From contig OY968769.1 of the NCBI GenBank assembly GCA_963695345.1, positions 1,024,001 to 1,088,000 of the forward strand: a stretch of 64,000 bases of DNA. Direction: 5' to 3'. The DNA comes from an uncultured Methanomassiliicoccales archaeon (GTDB taxonomy: Archaea > Thermoplasmatota > Thermoplasmata > Methanomassiliicoccales > UBA472). The notes below the pieces were generated by a model. That model did no database searches and had not been told where the DNA came from. It worked only from the letters and a program-made list of their open reading frames with translations. The position numbers were made by a program, and so were the translations under genes. Shown here one piece after another: positions 21,886 through 32,917 of the stretch (its first letter is position 1; each line of letters begins with the position of its first letter).

Positions 21886-22272
21886 ATGACCACCAAACAG
21901 TTCGATGTAGTTGTCCAGGATAAGCCCGGCGAGGTCGCACACATCACCGAGGCGCTGACCAAGGGAGCGGTCAACATCAGGGGCATCGCGACAGAACGCA
22001 CCACCAGCCCCCTGCTACACATCATCACTGATGACGAGGTCAGTACCCGGAAGGCCCTGACCAATGCAGGCATCCATTTCCAGGAGAAGGAGGTCTACGT
22101 GGTGGCGCTCATGAACAAACCGGGCGAGCTGGCCAAGATAACCAAGAAACTAGCCCGGGGCGGGGTCAATATCGAATCCCTGTTCATCCTGGCTGGAGGG
22201 AAGGACCAGGAAGAGATTGCCATCGGCGTGGACAAACCGGCAGAGGCCCAGAAGCTCCTGGACTACTCCTGA
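21886..22272 (+). CDS. Tandem ACT-domain protein
   Basis: Two repeats [DN]KPGE..GVNI-like. Confidence 0.85.
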   Translation: MTTKQFDVVVQDKPGEVAHITEALTKGAVNIRGIATERTTSPLLHIITDDEVSTRKALTNAGIHFQEKEVYVVALMNKPGELAKITKKLARGGVNIESLFILAGGKDQEEIAIGVDKPAEAQKLLDYS

Positions 22273-23168
22273 AGAACCTTCCTCGCTATCACGTCTTCGG
22301 ACTGGTTCATGGAGATAACGATGACCGAGAGAAGGATCATCGCCCCACCTATGGCCGTGGCGATGGTGGGCAACTCACCCAGCAGCAGTATCGCGAACAG
22401 GATGCCGAACACTATCTCGACCAGCAGGATAACCGAGGACATCGTCGCGCCCAGCTGTTTCAGCCCCACCGAATAGAGGACGAAGGCCAGGGCGGTGCAG
22501 AAGATGCCAGCATACAACGCGGCCATGGTCCCGGTGGATTCGATGCGGTAGTCCTTGGTCATGATCAACATCACCGGGATCAGGAAAACTGCGGTCTCCA
22601 CTATCACCGCCCCGGTGGCGGAGGCGAGCAGCTTGGTCCCGTTCAGCTCGCGGGTCAGCAGAACGACATAGAACGCCCAGAGTATGCCCGCGCCGAAGAC
22701 CATCATGTTGCCTTCGAACGACCCGCTGATGATGGCCGACATATCGCCGTTGGTGGAGATGACCACCACCCCGGCCAGCCCGATGATCAATCCGATGACC
22801 ATCCACCGGTTCAGCCTCTCCTTGAGCACGAACACGGCAAGGATGGCGATGAAGATGACGTTGATGTCGACCAAGAGAACGGTGTTGGTGGCGCTGGTCA
22901 TGGTCATGCCCACGTTCTGGAATACCATGGCGATGGCGTTGAACAGGGCAATGACCCATAGCCCCTTGAGCCTGAACACGGAATAATCGAACTGCCTCAT
23001 GGCCACCAGGGCAATGAAGATGGCCAGGGCTGCGAACGTGTAACGCAATGCGGAGAAGAGCACTGGGTCCATATGCTCCACCCCCACCTTGCCGGCGGCG
23101 AACGATGTTCCCCATATGATGCCCGCTACGACCAGGATCAACTCGTAGCGCCGACCGTTCAGACTCAC
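22263..23168 (-). CDS. DMT/EamA family transporter
   Basis: IWGTSF, LKERL, LLGELP; about 10 TM helices. Confidence 0.88.
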   Translation of the reverse strand: MSLNGRRYELILVVAGIIWGTSFAAGKVGVEHMDPVLFSALRYTFAALAIFIALVAMRQFDYSVFRLKGLWVIALFNAIAMVFQNVGMTMTSATNTVLLVDINVIFIAILAVFVLKERLNRWMVIGLIIGLAGVVVISTNGDMSAIISGSFEGNMMVFGAGILWAFYVVLLTRELNGTKLLASATGAVIVETAVFLIPVMLIMTKDYRIESTGTMAALYAGIFCTALAFVLYSVGLKQLGATMSSVILLVEIVFGILFAILLLGELPTIATAIGGAMILLSVIVISMNQSEDVIARKVLQE

Positions 23169-23209
23169 GCCCGGGCGTAACCTTTCTGACTATTTATGGG
23201 CTGGGCGTG

Positions 23210-24307
23210 CTACTGGATATCAGGCAGGGACTTTCCCTCGAGGGAAGCGGGCCCCTCCAATCTTACTCCATCCCCGAGCACCGAGTCGATCAGCGAGACC
23301 CCCGGACCGATGATGCACCCTTCCCCCAGAATACTGCCCCTGAGGATCGCCCCGGCCCCTATCTGGCATCGGTCGAGCGTCAGGGATTCCTCCACGGTGA
23401 CCTTTTCTCCCAACGTCGATTCCTTGCCGATGGCGCTGCGCGAGACGGACGTGCCCTTGCCCAGCCTGGTCCCGGTCCCTACGAAGACCGGACCGAATAT
23501 CCTGGCCCCTTCGGCGTTGAACCCGGAACCGGCGATCTTGCCTTTGCACAGCGCCCCCCTTATGGTTATGTTCTGCCCGCGTCTTTCGGCCAGGTCCACA
23601 TTCGCCTGGAACAGGTCCTTGGGATGGCCGATGTCCTTCCAGTATCCCTTTAGGGGGGCGGCGCAGAGGACCTTTCCCTGCTGCAGAAGGTCGGGGAACA
23701 GGTTCTTGGAGAAATCATACTTGGTGCCGGCTGGGACGTGGTCCAGGGCCTCTGGCTCCAGGACATAGGTTCCCGCATTGATCACGTTGGAGAATACCTC
23801 TTCCGGTTTGGGCTTCTCCTTGAACCGTTCGATCCTCCCCTCGGCGCTGACGCCGACGATACCGAACTGCTCCGGCCTTTCGACCTCGGTCAATGCCATG
23901 GTGACGAACGCCTTCCTCTGTCGGTGGAAATCAATGAGATGACCTAGATCGGCGTCGGTGAGGGTGTCCCCGCTTCCGACGATGAAGGTATCATGAAGCC
24001 TGTCCTGCAACAGCTTGACCGCCCCGGCCGTGCCCATGGGGTTCTCCTCATAGGTGTAGATGATCCTCGCCCCGGAGCGTGTGGTGTCGCCCAGGCTTTT
24101 CACGATGTCCTGAGAGCGGTAACCGCAGGCGATGAATATCTCCTCCACACCTGCGGATGCTAGTGAGTTGATGACGTATTCGATGCAGGGCCGCCCCAGA
24201 ACTGGCAGGAGCGGTTTGGGCCGGGTATTGGTCAACGGTTTGAGCCTGGTCCCTTCCCCGCCGGCCATTATCACGGCCTGCCTTATCCCATTATTATGTT
24301 CTGACAT
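23210..24307 (-). CDS. NDP-sugar pyrophosphorylase (mannose-1-P guanylyltransferase-like) with beta-helix tail
   Basis: AGGEGTRLKPLT..PKPLL, GTAGA, FKEKP, WKDIG, hexapeptide repeats. Confidence 0.88.
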   Translation of the reverse strand: MSEHNNGIRQAVIMAGGEGTRLKPLTNTRPKPLLPVLGRPCIEYVINSLASAGVEEIFIACGYRSQDIVKSLGDTTRSGARIIYTYEENPMGTAGAVKLLQDRLHDTFIVGSGDTLTDADLGHLIDFHRQRKAFVTMALTEVERPEQFGIVGVSAEGRIERFKEKPKPEEVFSNVINAGTYVLEPEALDHVPAGTKYDFSKNLFPDLLQQGKVLCAAPLKGYWKDIGHPKDLFQANVDLAERRGQNITIRGALCKGKIAGSGFNAEGARIFGPVFVGTGTRLGKGTSVSRSAIGKESTLGEKVTVEESLTLDRCQIGAGAILRGSILGEGCIIGPGVSLIDSVLGDGVRLEGPASLEGKSLPDIQ

Positions 24308-24339
24308 ATTGGATCCCCTGTTTTCCAACCAACGATCGT

Positions 24340-25212
24340 TCACCTGGAAATGCACAGTTTGACCACGTTCTGGTCCATGACCGCTCCGATCGCCTCGGCC
24401 ACCGGACGGCATTTGGTCCTCATCAGATAGACCACCTTCGGATACCCCCGCTCAGAGAGCGATTCGAAGTTCGCCATTCCCTTTGAGATTATCAGGTCAG
24501 CTCGCTCCATCTCATCAAGCAACGGTTGTCCGATCAGACCGGTATCGATGCCTATGGCGAATGAACCGGTGCTCATGCATACATCAAAGACCTTGTCCAT
24601 GCCAGTGGTCCGCAGATCGGCCGCGGTGACGTCGGTCAGGATCGGTTCGCCCTTGACCACTCCTACGACCCTCACGCCCATCGCCTGCAATTCATTCACC
24701 AACAGGCGGTCGAACACGATCTCCCCGCAGTTGTCCATGAGATAAACGACGGTGCTTCCCCGGACCAGGAGGGCTTTCATTCTTTCAACGTCGTTGGTCC
24801 CCAGGCCTTGGCCGACCAAAGCGTCGAACTTGCGGCTCAGGTCCTCCGGTTCGTCATACCCTATGCCAAGCCCGAAGTCCAGCACGTTCCCGATGATGGA
24901 CATCAGACAGGCCGCCTCCAAGCGGTCCGCGGAGCCGTTGACGAATGCCTCCGCTCTGGGATACAGCGATTGGGCTATCTGATTGGCTTGCTCTTTCAGC
25001 TCGAGATAGGGATCGTCGCTCCCGATGGCGTCATATACAGCACGGTGGACCTTGGTGGCAACCGCCGCTGAGTTCACTCCCGGACGGAATCCTTCCGCCA
25101 GGATCTTGACCGCGACCGCCATTGCCTGGTCCTTGAGTGACGGATCGACAAGTTCCGTCTCGAACAGGACCCGGTTGAGCAGGCATGGAACGCATTCGGC
25201 CGCTATGTGCAT
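24340..25212 (-). CDS. DUF89/ARMT1-like damage-control phosphatase
   Basis: ECVPC, GNVLDFG, DNCGE, KGMANFESL, KC. Confidence 0.88.
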   Translation of the reverse strand: MHIAAECVPCLLNRVLFETELVDPSLKDQAMAVAVKILAEGFRPGVNSAAVATKVHRAVYDAIGSDDPYLELKEQANQIAQSLYPRAEAFVNGSADRLEAACLMSIIGNVLDFGLGIGYDEPEDLSRKFDALVGQGLGTNDVERMKALLVRGSTVVYLMDNCGEIVFDRLLVNELQAMGVRVVGVVKGEPILTDVTAADLRTTGMDKVFDVCMSTGSFAIGIDTGLIGQPLLDEMERADLIISKGMANFESLSERGYPKVVYLMRTKCRPVAEAIGAVMDQNVVKLCISR

Positions 25213-25299
25213 GCTGCCACTGTAACTGATGACCCCTGATTAATCCTTCGAAAAACGCTATGAGAATCATTAAAAAATAAACGGTTTGGGCTAGGACGT

Positions 25300-25359
25300 T
25301 TATTTCTTTCCGCATCCACAGCCGCACTTCTTGTCCTTCTTTACTTCCTTCTCTGCCAT
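25300..25359 (-). CDS. 19-aa Cys/Lys microprotein [19 protein letters not shown]
   Basis: Manual translation; SD GAGGTGA at 25366-25372; T-rich terminator-like run downstream. Confidence 0.7.
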   Translation of the reverse strand: MAEKEVKKDKKCGCGCGKK

Positions 25360-25493
25360 TAATAATCACCTCTTTGGGTTTGAACCATGTCACATCTTAT
25401 CCCCTTTTTAAGCTTACGCTCCTAACCTTCGTATGTGATATATCCAGATGCACACGCAATTCTTTAATTAGGCCAGAATCGCTATCCTGGCCA

Positions 25494-27689
25494 ATGGCCG
25501 AGAGCATCATCCTTCGTGTCGCCAGGGCACATCACCAATCTGAGGTAGGACTAGGACGCGCCCGCATAGACGCCAAGACCAGGAAGGACCTGGCGGTGGA
25601 GGTGGGCGACATCATCGAGATCGTCGGCAAGCGGAGCACCGCGGCCAAGGTATTCCGCGCCGCCCAGGAGGACGAGTCCAAGGGCATCATCCGGATCGAC
25701 GGAATGATCCGCTCGAACGCGGTGGTATCGATCGGGGAGAAGGTGTCCGTCAAAAAGGCAGAATCACTGCCTGCGACAAGGGTCACTGTGGCGCCCAAGA
25801 TACCGTCCGGGAAACATGTCCGATTTGGCACCGGCGTCGAGGACCTCTTCCGCAAGGGCCTGACATCCAGACCGCTCGCCAAAGGCGATGAGATCATCAT
25901 ACCGAACATAGCGCTGATGGGAGGTTTCCTGCCCTTCACGGTGGTCAGCACGGTGCCGCAGGGCATCGTCGTGGTAGGAGACCACACGGAACTGGTGGTT
26001 AAGACCGAGACCAGCGAGACCAAGGAAACTGTCGCCCCGTCGGTCACCTACGATGACGTGGGAGGGCTGGAGGGAGAGATGCAGCGCATCCGGGAGATGA
26101 TCGAGCTCCCTCTGAAGCATCCAGAGCTGTTCGACCGGCTGGGCATCGACGCACCGAAAGGTGTTCTCCTATACGGACCGCCCGGCACCGGAAAGACGCT
26201 GCTGGCAAAGGCGGTGGCCAACGAGGCCGGCGCCAGTTTCTATTCCATCCAAGGCCCGGAGATCATTTCCAAGTACTACGGACAGAGCGAGGAGAAGCTC
26301 AGGGAGAAGTTCGAGGAGGCCGAGAAGAACGCCCCCTCGATCGTTTTCATCGATGAGCTGGATTCGATCGCGCCGAAACGGGAGGATGTCTCCGGTGAGG
26401 TCGAACGGAGGGTCGTGGCCCAGCTGCTCACTTTGCTGGACGGCATGGCCGGCAGGGGCCAGGTCATCGTGATCGGGGCCACCAACCGGGAGGATGCCAT
26501 CGATCCGGCGCTCAGACGGCCGGGACGTTTCGATCGCGAGATCGAGATCGGCGTTCCATCCAGGGAAGGCCGCCGGGAGATCCTGGAGATCCACACTCGG
26601 GGCATGCCTCTTTCGGAAGGTTTCAATATCGAGAAGTACGCCTTCGCCACCCACGGATTCGTGGGGGCGGACCTGGCCGCGCTCGCCCGGGAAGCGGCGA
26701 TGAAATGCCTGGGACGCCTGGTCCCGGAACTGGAACTTGACAGGGCCATCCCGGTGGAGATCCTGGAGAAGGTCCGGGTGACCGAGCAGGACTTCGATGA
26801 CGCCCTCAAGGAGGTCGAGCCGAGCGCCATGCGGGAGGTGCTGATCGAGGTACCGCACGTGACCTGGAACGACGTCGGCGGTCTCGAGGACGTCAAGACC
26901 CAGCTCAAGGAGATGGTGGAGATGCCGCTGGAAAGAGGCGACTCCTTCAAACGCATGGGCATCAGACCGGCCAAGGGCATCCTCCTCTACGGACCGCCCG
27001 GCACCGGAAAGACGCTGCTGGCAAAGGCGGTGGCCAATGAATCCAAGGCCAATTTCATTTCCATAAAGGGACCGGAGATCATGAGCAAGTGGGTGGGCGA
27101 GTCCGAAAAGGCGATCCGCCAGGCCTTCAAGAAGGCAAAGCAGGTAGCGCCCTCGATCGTCTTCTTGGATGAGATCGATGCCATCGCCCCGAGACGCGGA
27201 GGCGGTTCGGAGAACGGCGTCACCGAAAGGGTGGTGAACCAGCTGCTCACCTCCATCGACGGGATGGAGTCGATGGAGGGCGTCACTGTCATGGCCGCCT
27301 CGAACCGGCCGGACATCATCGATTCGGCGCTCCTCCGCCCAGGAAGGTTCGACCGGCTGATTCTGGTCCCCCTGCCCGATGATGGGGCGCGAAAGAGCAT
27401 ACTCACCATCCATACCCGGGCGATGCCCTTGAAGAACGTGGACCTGGACCAGCTGGTGGACGCGACCGATGGCTATGTGGGCGCTGACCTGGAGAACCTT
27501 TGCCGCGAGGCGGCCATGACCAGCCTGAGGGAGGACCCGGAGGCCGTCTCCGTCGAACAGAAGCACTTCGAAAAGGCACTGAAGGCCATCAAGGCGTCCG
27601 TCGACAAGGACGCAATGAAGTTCTATGACAACATGGGCAAGGCCCTGGACAAGAAACGGGCCGGATGGGACGAAGGAATCTACCGGTGA
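25494..27689 (+). CDS. cdc48: CDC48/VCP (VAT) AAA+ ATPase
   Basis: N-domain plus two AAA modules [15 protein letters not shown]; RPGRFDR. Confidence 0.96.
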   Translation: MAESIILRVARAHHQSEVGLGRARIDAKTRKDLAVEVGDIIEIVGKRSTAAKVFRAAQEDESKGIIRIDGMIRSNAVVSIGEKVSVKKAESLPATRVTVAPKIPSGKHVRFGTGVEDLFRKGLTSRPLAKGDEIIIPNIALMGGFLPFTVVSTVPQGIVVVGDHTELVVKTETSETKETVAPSVTYDDVGGLEGEMQRIREMIELPLKHPELFDRLGIDAPKGVLLYGPPGTGKTLLAKAVANEAGASFYSIQGPEIISKYYGQSEEKLREKFEEAEKNAPSIVFIDELDSIAPKREDVSGEVERRVVAQLLTLLDGMAGRGQVIVIGATNREDAIDPALRRPGRFDREIEIGVPSREGRREILEIHTRGMPLSEGFNIEKYAFATHGFVGADLAALAREAAMKCLGRLVPELELDRAIPVEILEKVRVTEQDFDDALKEVEPSAMREVLIEVPHVTWNDVGGLEDVKTQLKEMVEMPLERGDSFKRMGIRPAKGILLYGPPGTGKTLLAKAVANESKANFISIKGPEIMSKWVGESEKAIRQAFKKAKQVAPSIVFLDEIDAIAPRRGGGSENGVTERVVNQLLTSIDGMESMEGVTVMAASNRPDIIDSALLRPGRFDRLILVPLPDDGARKSILTIHTRAMPLKNVDLDQLVDATDGYVGADLENLCREAAMTSLREDPEAVSVEQKHFEKALKAIKASVDKDAMKFYDNMGKALDKKRAGWDEGIYR
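26172..27037 (+). repeat. 50-bp perfect direct repeat (26172-26221 and 26988-27037) encoding both CDC48 Walker A regions
   Basis: tacggaccgcccggcaccggaaagacgctgctggcaaaggcggtggccaa occurs twice. Confidence 0.9.
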
Positions 27690-27694
27690 ACATC

Positions 27695-28198
27695 ATGGCC
27701 ATCACAATAAAGACCCAGACCCCGGCGGAGAAGAAGGCCCACAAGGAACTCGTAGCCATCATGATGAAATACGGTTTCGGCGAACCGGACCTGCGGCTCC
27801 GGAGGGACCGGATGGAGCGCAGCATGAAACGCCAGGTGAACGAGTTCGAGGCGGCGTTCGGACTTCTTGGTGAGATCGTGTCCTCCTCGGACTCGGTCCA
27901 GGACAAGGTATCGTTGTTCTTCGGGATGGCCGAGGTGCTCCATATCCAGGGATTGGATCCTTCCCAACCCCTGATGGCCATGCACAACACCGAGCTGGCC
28001 ACGTTCAAGGAGATCGGCTTCCGATTGGTGAGGGTGGAGAGTTCGAAGGACGCCTGCGTCGAGTGCAAGAAGATATCGGGCAAGGTCGTTCCCCTCGAGG
28101 AGGCCATGAAGGGAGGCGTCCTGCCGCATCGCTCCTGCAAGCATGATGTCAGGAAGGGCGGCCTCTGCAGGTGCCGTTTCCTGGCCGAATTCGGATGA
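27695..28198 (+). CDS. Hypothetical protein with Cys-rich C-terminus
   Basis: CxxC..PHxxC..CRC; directly follows cdc48. Confidence 0.7.
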   Translation: MAITIKTQTPAEKKAHKELVAIMMKYGFGEPDLRLRRDRMERSMKRQVNEFEAAFGLLGEIVSSSDSVQDKVSLFFGMAEVLHIQGLDPSQPLMAMHNTELATFKEIGFRLVRVESSKDACVECKKISGKVVPLEEAMKGGVLPHRSCKHDVRKGGLCRCRFLAEFG

Positions 28199-28283
28199 TT
28201 CCGTATCTAAATGGTCAAAAACCTAATATATGGAACAACCCATTTTACGGCTCGGATTTCCAATTACTGGGGGATGCATCACT

Positions 28284-28529
28284 ATGAGAAAATTCATCAC
28301 GGAGCTCAAAGGCAAGACGGTAATGACCAATGATGGCCAGATCCTCGGAATGATCGACAATTTCGTATTGGAGAACACCACCGGCGGAATCAACCACGTG
28401 CTTGTCGTCCCAGCCGAAGAGATCGATGCCAGACTGTTCCGCAGCGATGCCCAGGGCAGGATCATCCTCCCCTTCTCCGAGATGCGCGATGTCCGCGACG
28501 TCGTGGTCATGAACGTATCCAGGGCGTAA
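28284..28529 (+). CDS. PRC-barrel domain protein
   Basis: ELKGKTVMTNDGQILGMIDNFV..VRDVVVM. Confidence 0.85.
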   Translation: MRKFITELKGKTVMTNDGQILGMIDNFVLENTTGGINHVLVVPAEEIDARLFRSDAQGRIILPFSEMRDVRDVVVMNVSRA

Positions 28530-28622
28530 TCTCCTTCTTGTCGGGGCGCCCACGCGCCCTCTCATTCTTCATTTTTCTAGATTTCAGCATTCCACCGGTC
28601 TCTAGAAAAAATTCGGGGGCCC

Positions 28623-31600
28623 TTACTTCTGAGTGTACTTCAGGAAGAGCTTGACCCGCTGCCGGTTGAATATCGCGTCCTTGAAGTTCGGCACCAGCTC
28701 GATGGCGCTGTCGTAGAGCTTAAGGGCCCACTTCATGTCGCCCTCCTTCTCGGCGATCAGCCCGAGGGCGAAGTCGATCTCGGCGGTCTCCTCGTACTTC
28801 AACGCAGAGGTCAGGGAGAGCTTCGCGCCGGCGATGTCCCCGACCATGATCTGGCACTTGCTCAGGTTGATGAGATAGTCGGACCTCCGGTCCACCGATA
28901 TCGCCTTGCGGATCGCTTCCATGGCCGCATCATACTCCCCGATCACGAACAGTGTTGCCCCGATGTTGTTCCAGGCATCCCCATAGTTGGGGTCGGCCTC
29001 GACCGCCAGGTGCATGAAGTGCATCGGTTCATCGTAACCGTACTCACCCATGAAGCGCATGCAGACACCCATGTTGTTGAGCGCCTCCGGGTATGTCGGA
29101 TGCTGCAGGAGGATATCCTTCAGGACCCGGTAGGCATCCCGATAGCGGGCCTTGGCCATCAATGAGGTGGCCAGCGCCATCCTGGTCACCAGCGAGTCCT
29201 GCATGCCCGGGTTGGAGAATCTGGAGATGATCTCATCGTAGCGTTTGGCCTCCAGCATGTTGGCCGCCTCCCTCGCCCTTACCTCTTTGCTCGGGGTGAT
29301 CGAGGACAGTATGGCCATCGGCTCTTCCTTGCGGCCGAGCCTCCTGGAGATCGACTCGATGTCGAGCAGTGCGATCTCGTCACGGGGGTCCAGGCGGATC
29401 GCTTCCTTGAGCTCCTCCAGACACTCCGGCAGCCTGCCCCATGTCGTCCAGGATGTATCGCCTTGATGTGCCGGGCATCGTGCGATTCGGACTTATCCCG
29501 GATATAGAGGTCTATCTCCTCCACGGCCCTGGCGTTCTCTCCCAGGATGTTGAGGATGAACGGCCGCCTTCAGTTCCCGGTCGCTGATGGGTATCTCCGG
29601 CTCTAACGGGGCCTCGTAATACCGGTTCGGGAACGAACGGTATATCCATCGCCTGAGGAGGCAGTACCGCTTCCGTGGATACGTTGGCCACGGCCGTCTC
29701 GGCGGAAGGCACCAGCAGACCGACATCCTGATGCCCAATTACTGTCGGTAGGACTTCTGCTGATTGTACCGTGATGGCGTTTTCCTTGTCCATCAAGGCG
29801 GGCAGAACGGATTCCTCACGTATGGCCAGATGATGCTGGTTGTCGGTCAGTGCCGGGACCTGGACCGGTTCGGAAAGACGACCGCCGTGTTCTCTTCCAC
29901 TTTCTGGACCTCCCTGCAGACCGGTTCCATTGCCACCAGTTCGACCTGTGAATCGGCCGGCACCAATGCGAGGGGTTCCTTGTCGGCGGATATGACCTCA
30001 TCCTGGCCCTGAGGACGGACCCTCGGCCTCCTGGACTACCGGCGTTGGTTCCCCGGTCATCAGCGGTTCCGTTTCCGCCACGGCCTCCGGGACCTCGGGT
30101 TCATGGACCTCGGCGATGATCGCTTCCGGCTCCGGGAATGGCCCTTCGATCGTGATCTCCGGTTCCGGTGCGACCGATTGCTCCTCGATCTTTCCAGATT
30201 CCAGCTGGGGCGCGGACTCGATTGCCTGGACCTCCTGCGGCGGTTCGGCGACGGACGGAGCCGCTTCGGCCTCGGCCGGCGTCGGCTCTGACACAGGTGA
30301 AGGTTCGGACGTGACGGGGACATCTTCCGGAATTGGCTCGGCTGCCTCTTCTGGCAGTGGCTCTGGGATCGGTGTCTTATCTTCCGGTTCGGTGACGGAA
30401 GGTTCCGGTTTGCTCTCCACCGATGATTGTTCCGGTACCGTGGTGATCTTTGGCGGGAATGTGACCTCCTCCGCCATCTCCTCGGCGACCGTTTCGGGCG
30501 AGGGTTCGACCTTCTGCAGGTCCGGCGTCGGTTCGGTCGCGGGAATGGCTGGTTCGGCATCCACAAAGACCGTTTCCGGAACGGTGGACGGTTCCGGGAG
30601 CGGTTCCTCCTCCCGCTTCCCCTCGGCGATATCTTGAGGCGATGGCTCAGGAGCCTCGATCGGTCCCTCCTCCTGGGGCATCTTCGCCATCCGGGCGGCC
30701 GCCAGGAGCTCGTCCCTCTCGGTCACTGCCTCGGTAAGCCCCTTGTCCAGCCGGACGGCTTTCTCGAAGGACTGGGTTGCCTCTTCGAGCTGGCCCAGGG
30801 CCTTCTGGGATACTCCCAGCGAATACCATATGTCCGCTCTGTTGCGATCGATCTGGAGCGATTCCTTCCAGGCCTCTATGGCCTCGGCTATCCGGCCCAT
30901 TTCGATCATGGTGAGCGCCCGGTTGACCGCTGGGTCGATGTAGCCCCGATTCAGGAACGAGGCCTTGTCGAAGGATTCCAACGCCTCCTTGTGCCGCCCC
31001 ATGGCCTTGAGCACGATCCCCCGGTTGTTGAACGCCATGGCATCCTTGGGGAAGAAATTGCACATGTCATCGTAGACCTTGAGGGCCCAGTCGTAGCGAT
31101 GGAGCTGGAACAGGGTGGCCCCCTTGTTGAGCAGGGCGGCCTCCATGCGGGGGGCGATCTTCAGGGCGGTATCGTAGGCCTTGAGCTCTTTCTCGAAGTC
31201 ACCCAGCTGGTTATATGCCAGTCCCATCAGGTACCAGGTGGTGGAATCTCCGGGCCTGAGCTCGCTGGCCCGCTTGCACGCGACCAAAGCGTCCTCGAAC
31301 CGGCCCATGGCCAAGAACACGTTCGCCTTACGCAACCAGACGATGTCGTTGTTCGGCTTGATGTCCAGTGCCCGGTCGTAATTGTACAGGGCGTCCCGGT
31401 AACGCCGTTGCTTGAAATGCTCCTCCGCTGCGTTGTAGAAAGAGTCGAACTGGGCTCCCGATGGGAGGTAGCGATTGCGGTCCTGTTCCAATATGCGCCG
31501 GTCGAGCTCGACCATCATTTTTCCGGCCAGGTCGTACTTGCGCAGCAGCATGAGCAGCTTGGGCTTGTCCGCGTAGGATATGTTCTGGGCTTCGGCGTAG

Positions 31601-31923
31601 TTCCTCTCTTCGGTGTCCAGATCGCAGGTGACCACCAGGACCGGAGTGGCCTCCCGCTTGGCGGCCATCTCCTTCAGGACCTTCATCGACTCGACGGAAG
31701 CGTTGTCGAAGAGACGTGAGGCGACGACGAAATACTTGCCTTCATCGCTGACCCCTTCGAAGAACACCGCATCCTCGGAAACGTCCATCCTGGTTATCTT
31801 GACACCAATGCTTCCCAGCAGCTCTGAGACCAATGATTTGAAGCCTTCGAAATCCAGGTCGTTGATGGCGTGCATTATGCGCTCGTCCATGCGGCTGTCC
31901 AGAAGTTCGCTCAGGTCGGTCAT
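28623..31923 (-). CDS. Large TPR protein with N-terminal Mrr-like domain and Pro/Glu-rich linker (several frameshifts 29300-30010)
   Basis: TPR repeats in ORFs 29998..31968 and 28623..29318; intervening fragments have the same composition. Confidence 0.75.
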
Positions 31924-32723
31924 TGCGGCACCTCCATGGAGGCCATCATACGATTGGCGAGCGGGCACCGCAACTTTTCCGGGATCATCGCGAGGGCTTC
32001 CTTGGCCCGGTCCATCTGACCGGTCTCGAGCAATACGATGGCCCCCTGTACGACGAATGGAGAGCTTTCGTCTGTGATCTGGTTGGCGATCAGCCCCTCA
32101 AGGATATCCACGGCCTTCTCCGACTCGCCCATCCAGTGGCCCAGCAGGGCGGAGTTCGCTTGGCCGATGCGGTCGAATTTGGGGAATTTGGAGGAACGGG
32201 AATAGAATTTTCTGGCCAGTTCGGCATGCTTCTGCATCAGTCCCTGGAGGTCCCTCTGATTGACCGCCAGGTACCTGGCCCTGGACGCCGAGAGCGAGTA
32301 CAGGTTGCCGATCCGAAGACAGGCCTTGGCCCAGTACTCCGACTCGAACTCGAGGGTCTCGCAGTTCCAGATCATCGACGATATGACCTCCCTTTTTGGG
32401 ATCCTCTCGAAACCGGTGAGATGCAGGGGCACGCCGACCCCATCCAGATACATATCCACGTAGGAGGGGATGCGGGACTGGTCCTTATCGGTCAACATGG
32501 TCCGGAAAGTGAGGGCCGGCTCCGTGCCCTTGGAGAACTTGACCTCCGGCGATACCAGGGGCCCGATCATCATGGCGGCGCTGCGGGTGGGGACTAGACG
32601 CTGGTCCGCGTTTGGGTCCATCAGCCTGGGGACGAGTGATACGGGTTCCCCCAATCTCCCAAAACACTTACCGCACAACAACGACCCAGACCTGGTCGGA
32701 GAACCGCACACTACGCATCCCAT
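31920..32723 (-). CDS. Hypothetical protein with N-terminal zinc finger and C-terminal TPR-like helices
   Basis: CVVCG..LCGKC; ATGA overlap with the TPR gene. Confidence 0.7.
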   Translation of the reverse strand: MGCVVCGSPTRSGSLLCGKCFGRLGEPVSLVPRLMDPNADQRLVPTRSAAMMIGPLVSPEVKFSKGTEPALTFRTMLTDKDQSRIPSYVDMYLDGVGVPLHLTGFERIPKREVISSMIWNCETLEFESEYWAKACLRIGNLYSLSASRARYLAVNQRDLQGLMQKHAELARKFYSRSSKFPKFDRIGQANSALLGHWMGESEKAVDILEGLIANQITDESSPFVVQGAIVLLETGQMDRAKEALAMIPEKLRCPLANRMMASMEVPQ

Positions 32724-32917
32724 GAAACCACCGATTAGGGAATGTGCGGGTGGGCATTTAGGATTATCCCTCAAACAGCTCGCTGGGAAAGATATTTCGA
32801 TGACACCTGGACTCAGAACACCCGCTCAGGAATACTTTGTCAACATGCACGTCTCCGATCCAATCGTCAGAGAACTCAGGCGATTGATTATGTGGTCGTC
32901 GTCCTATCAGGTATCAT

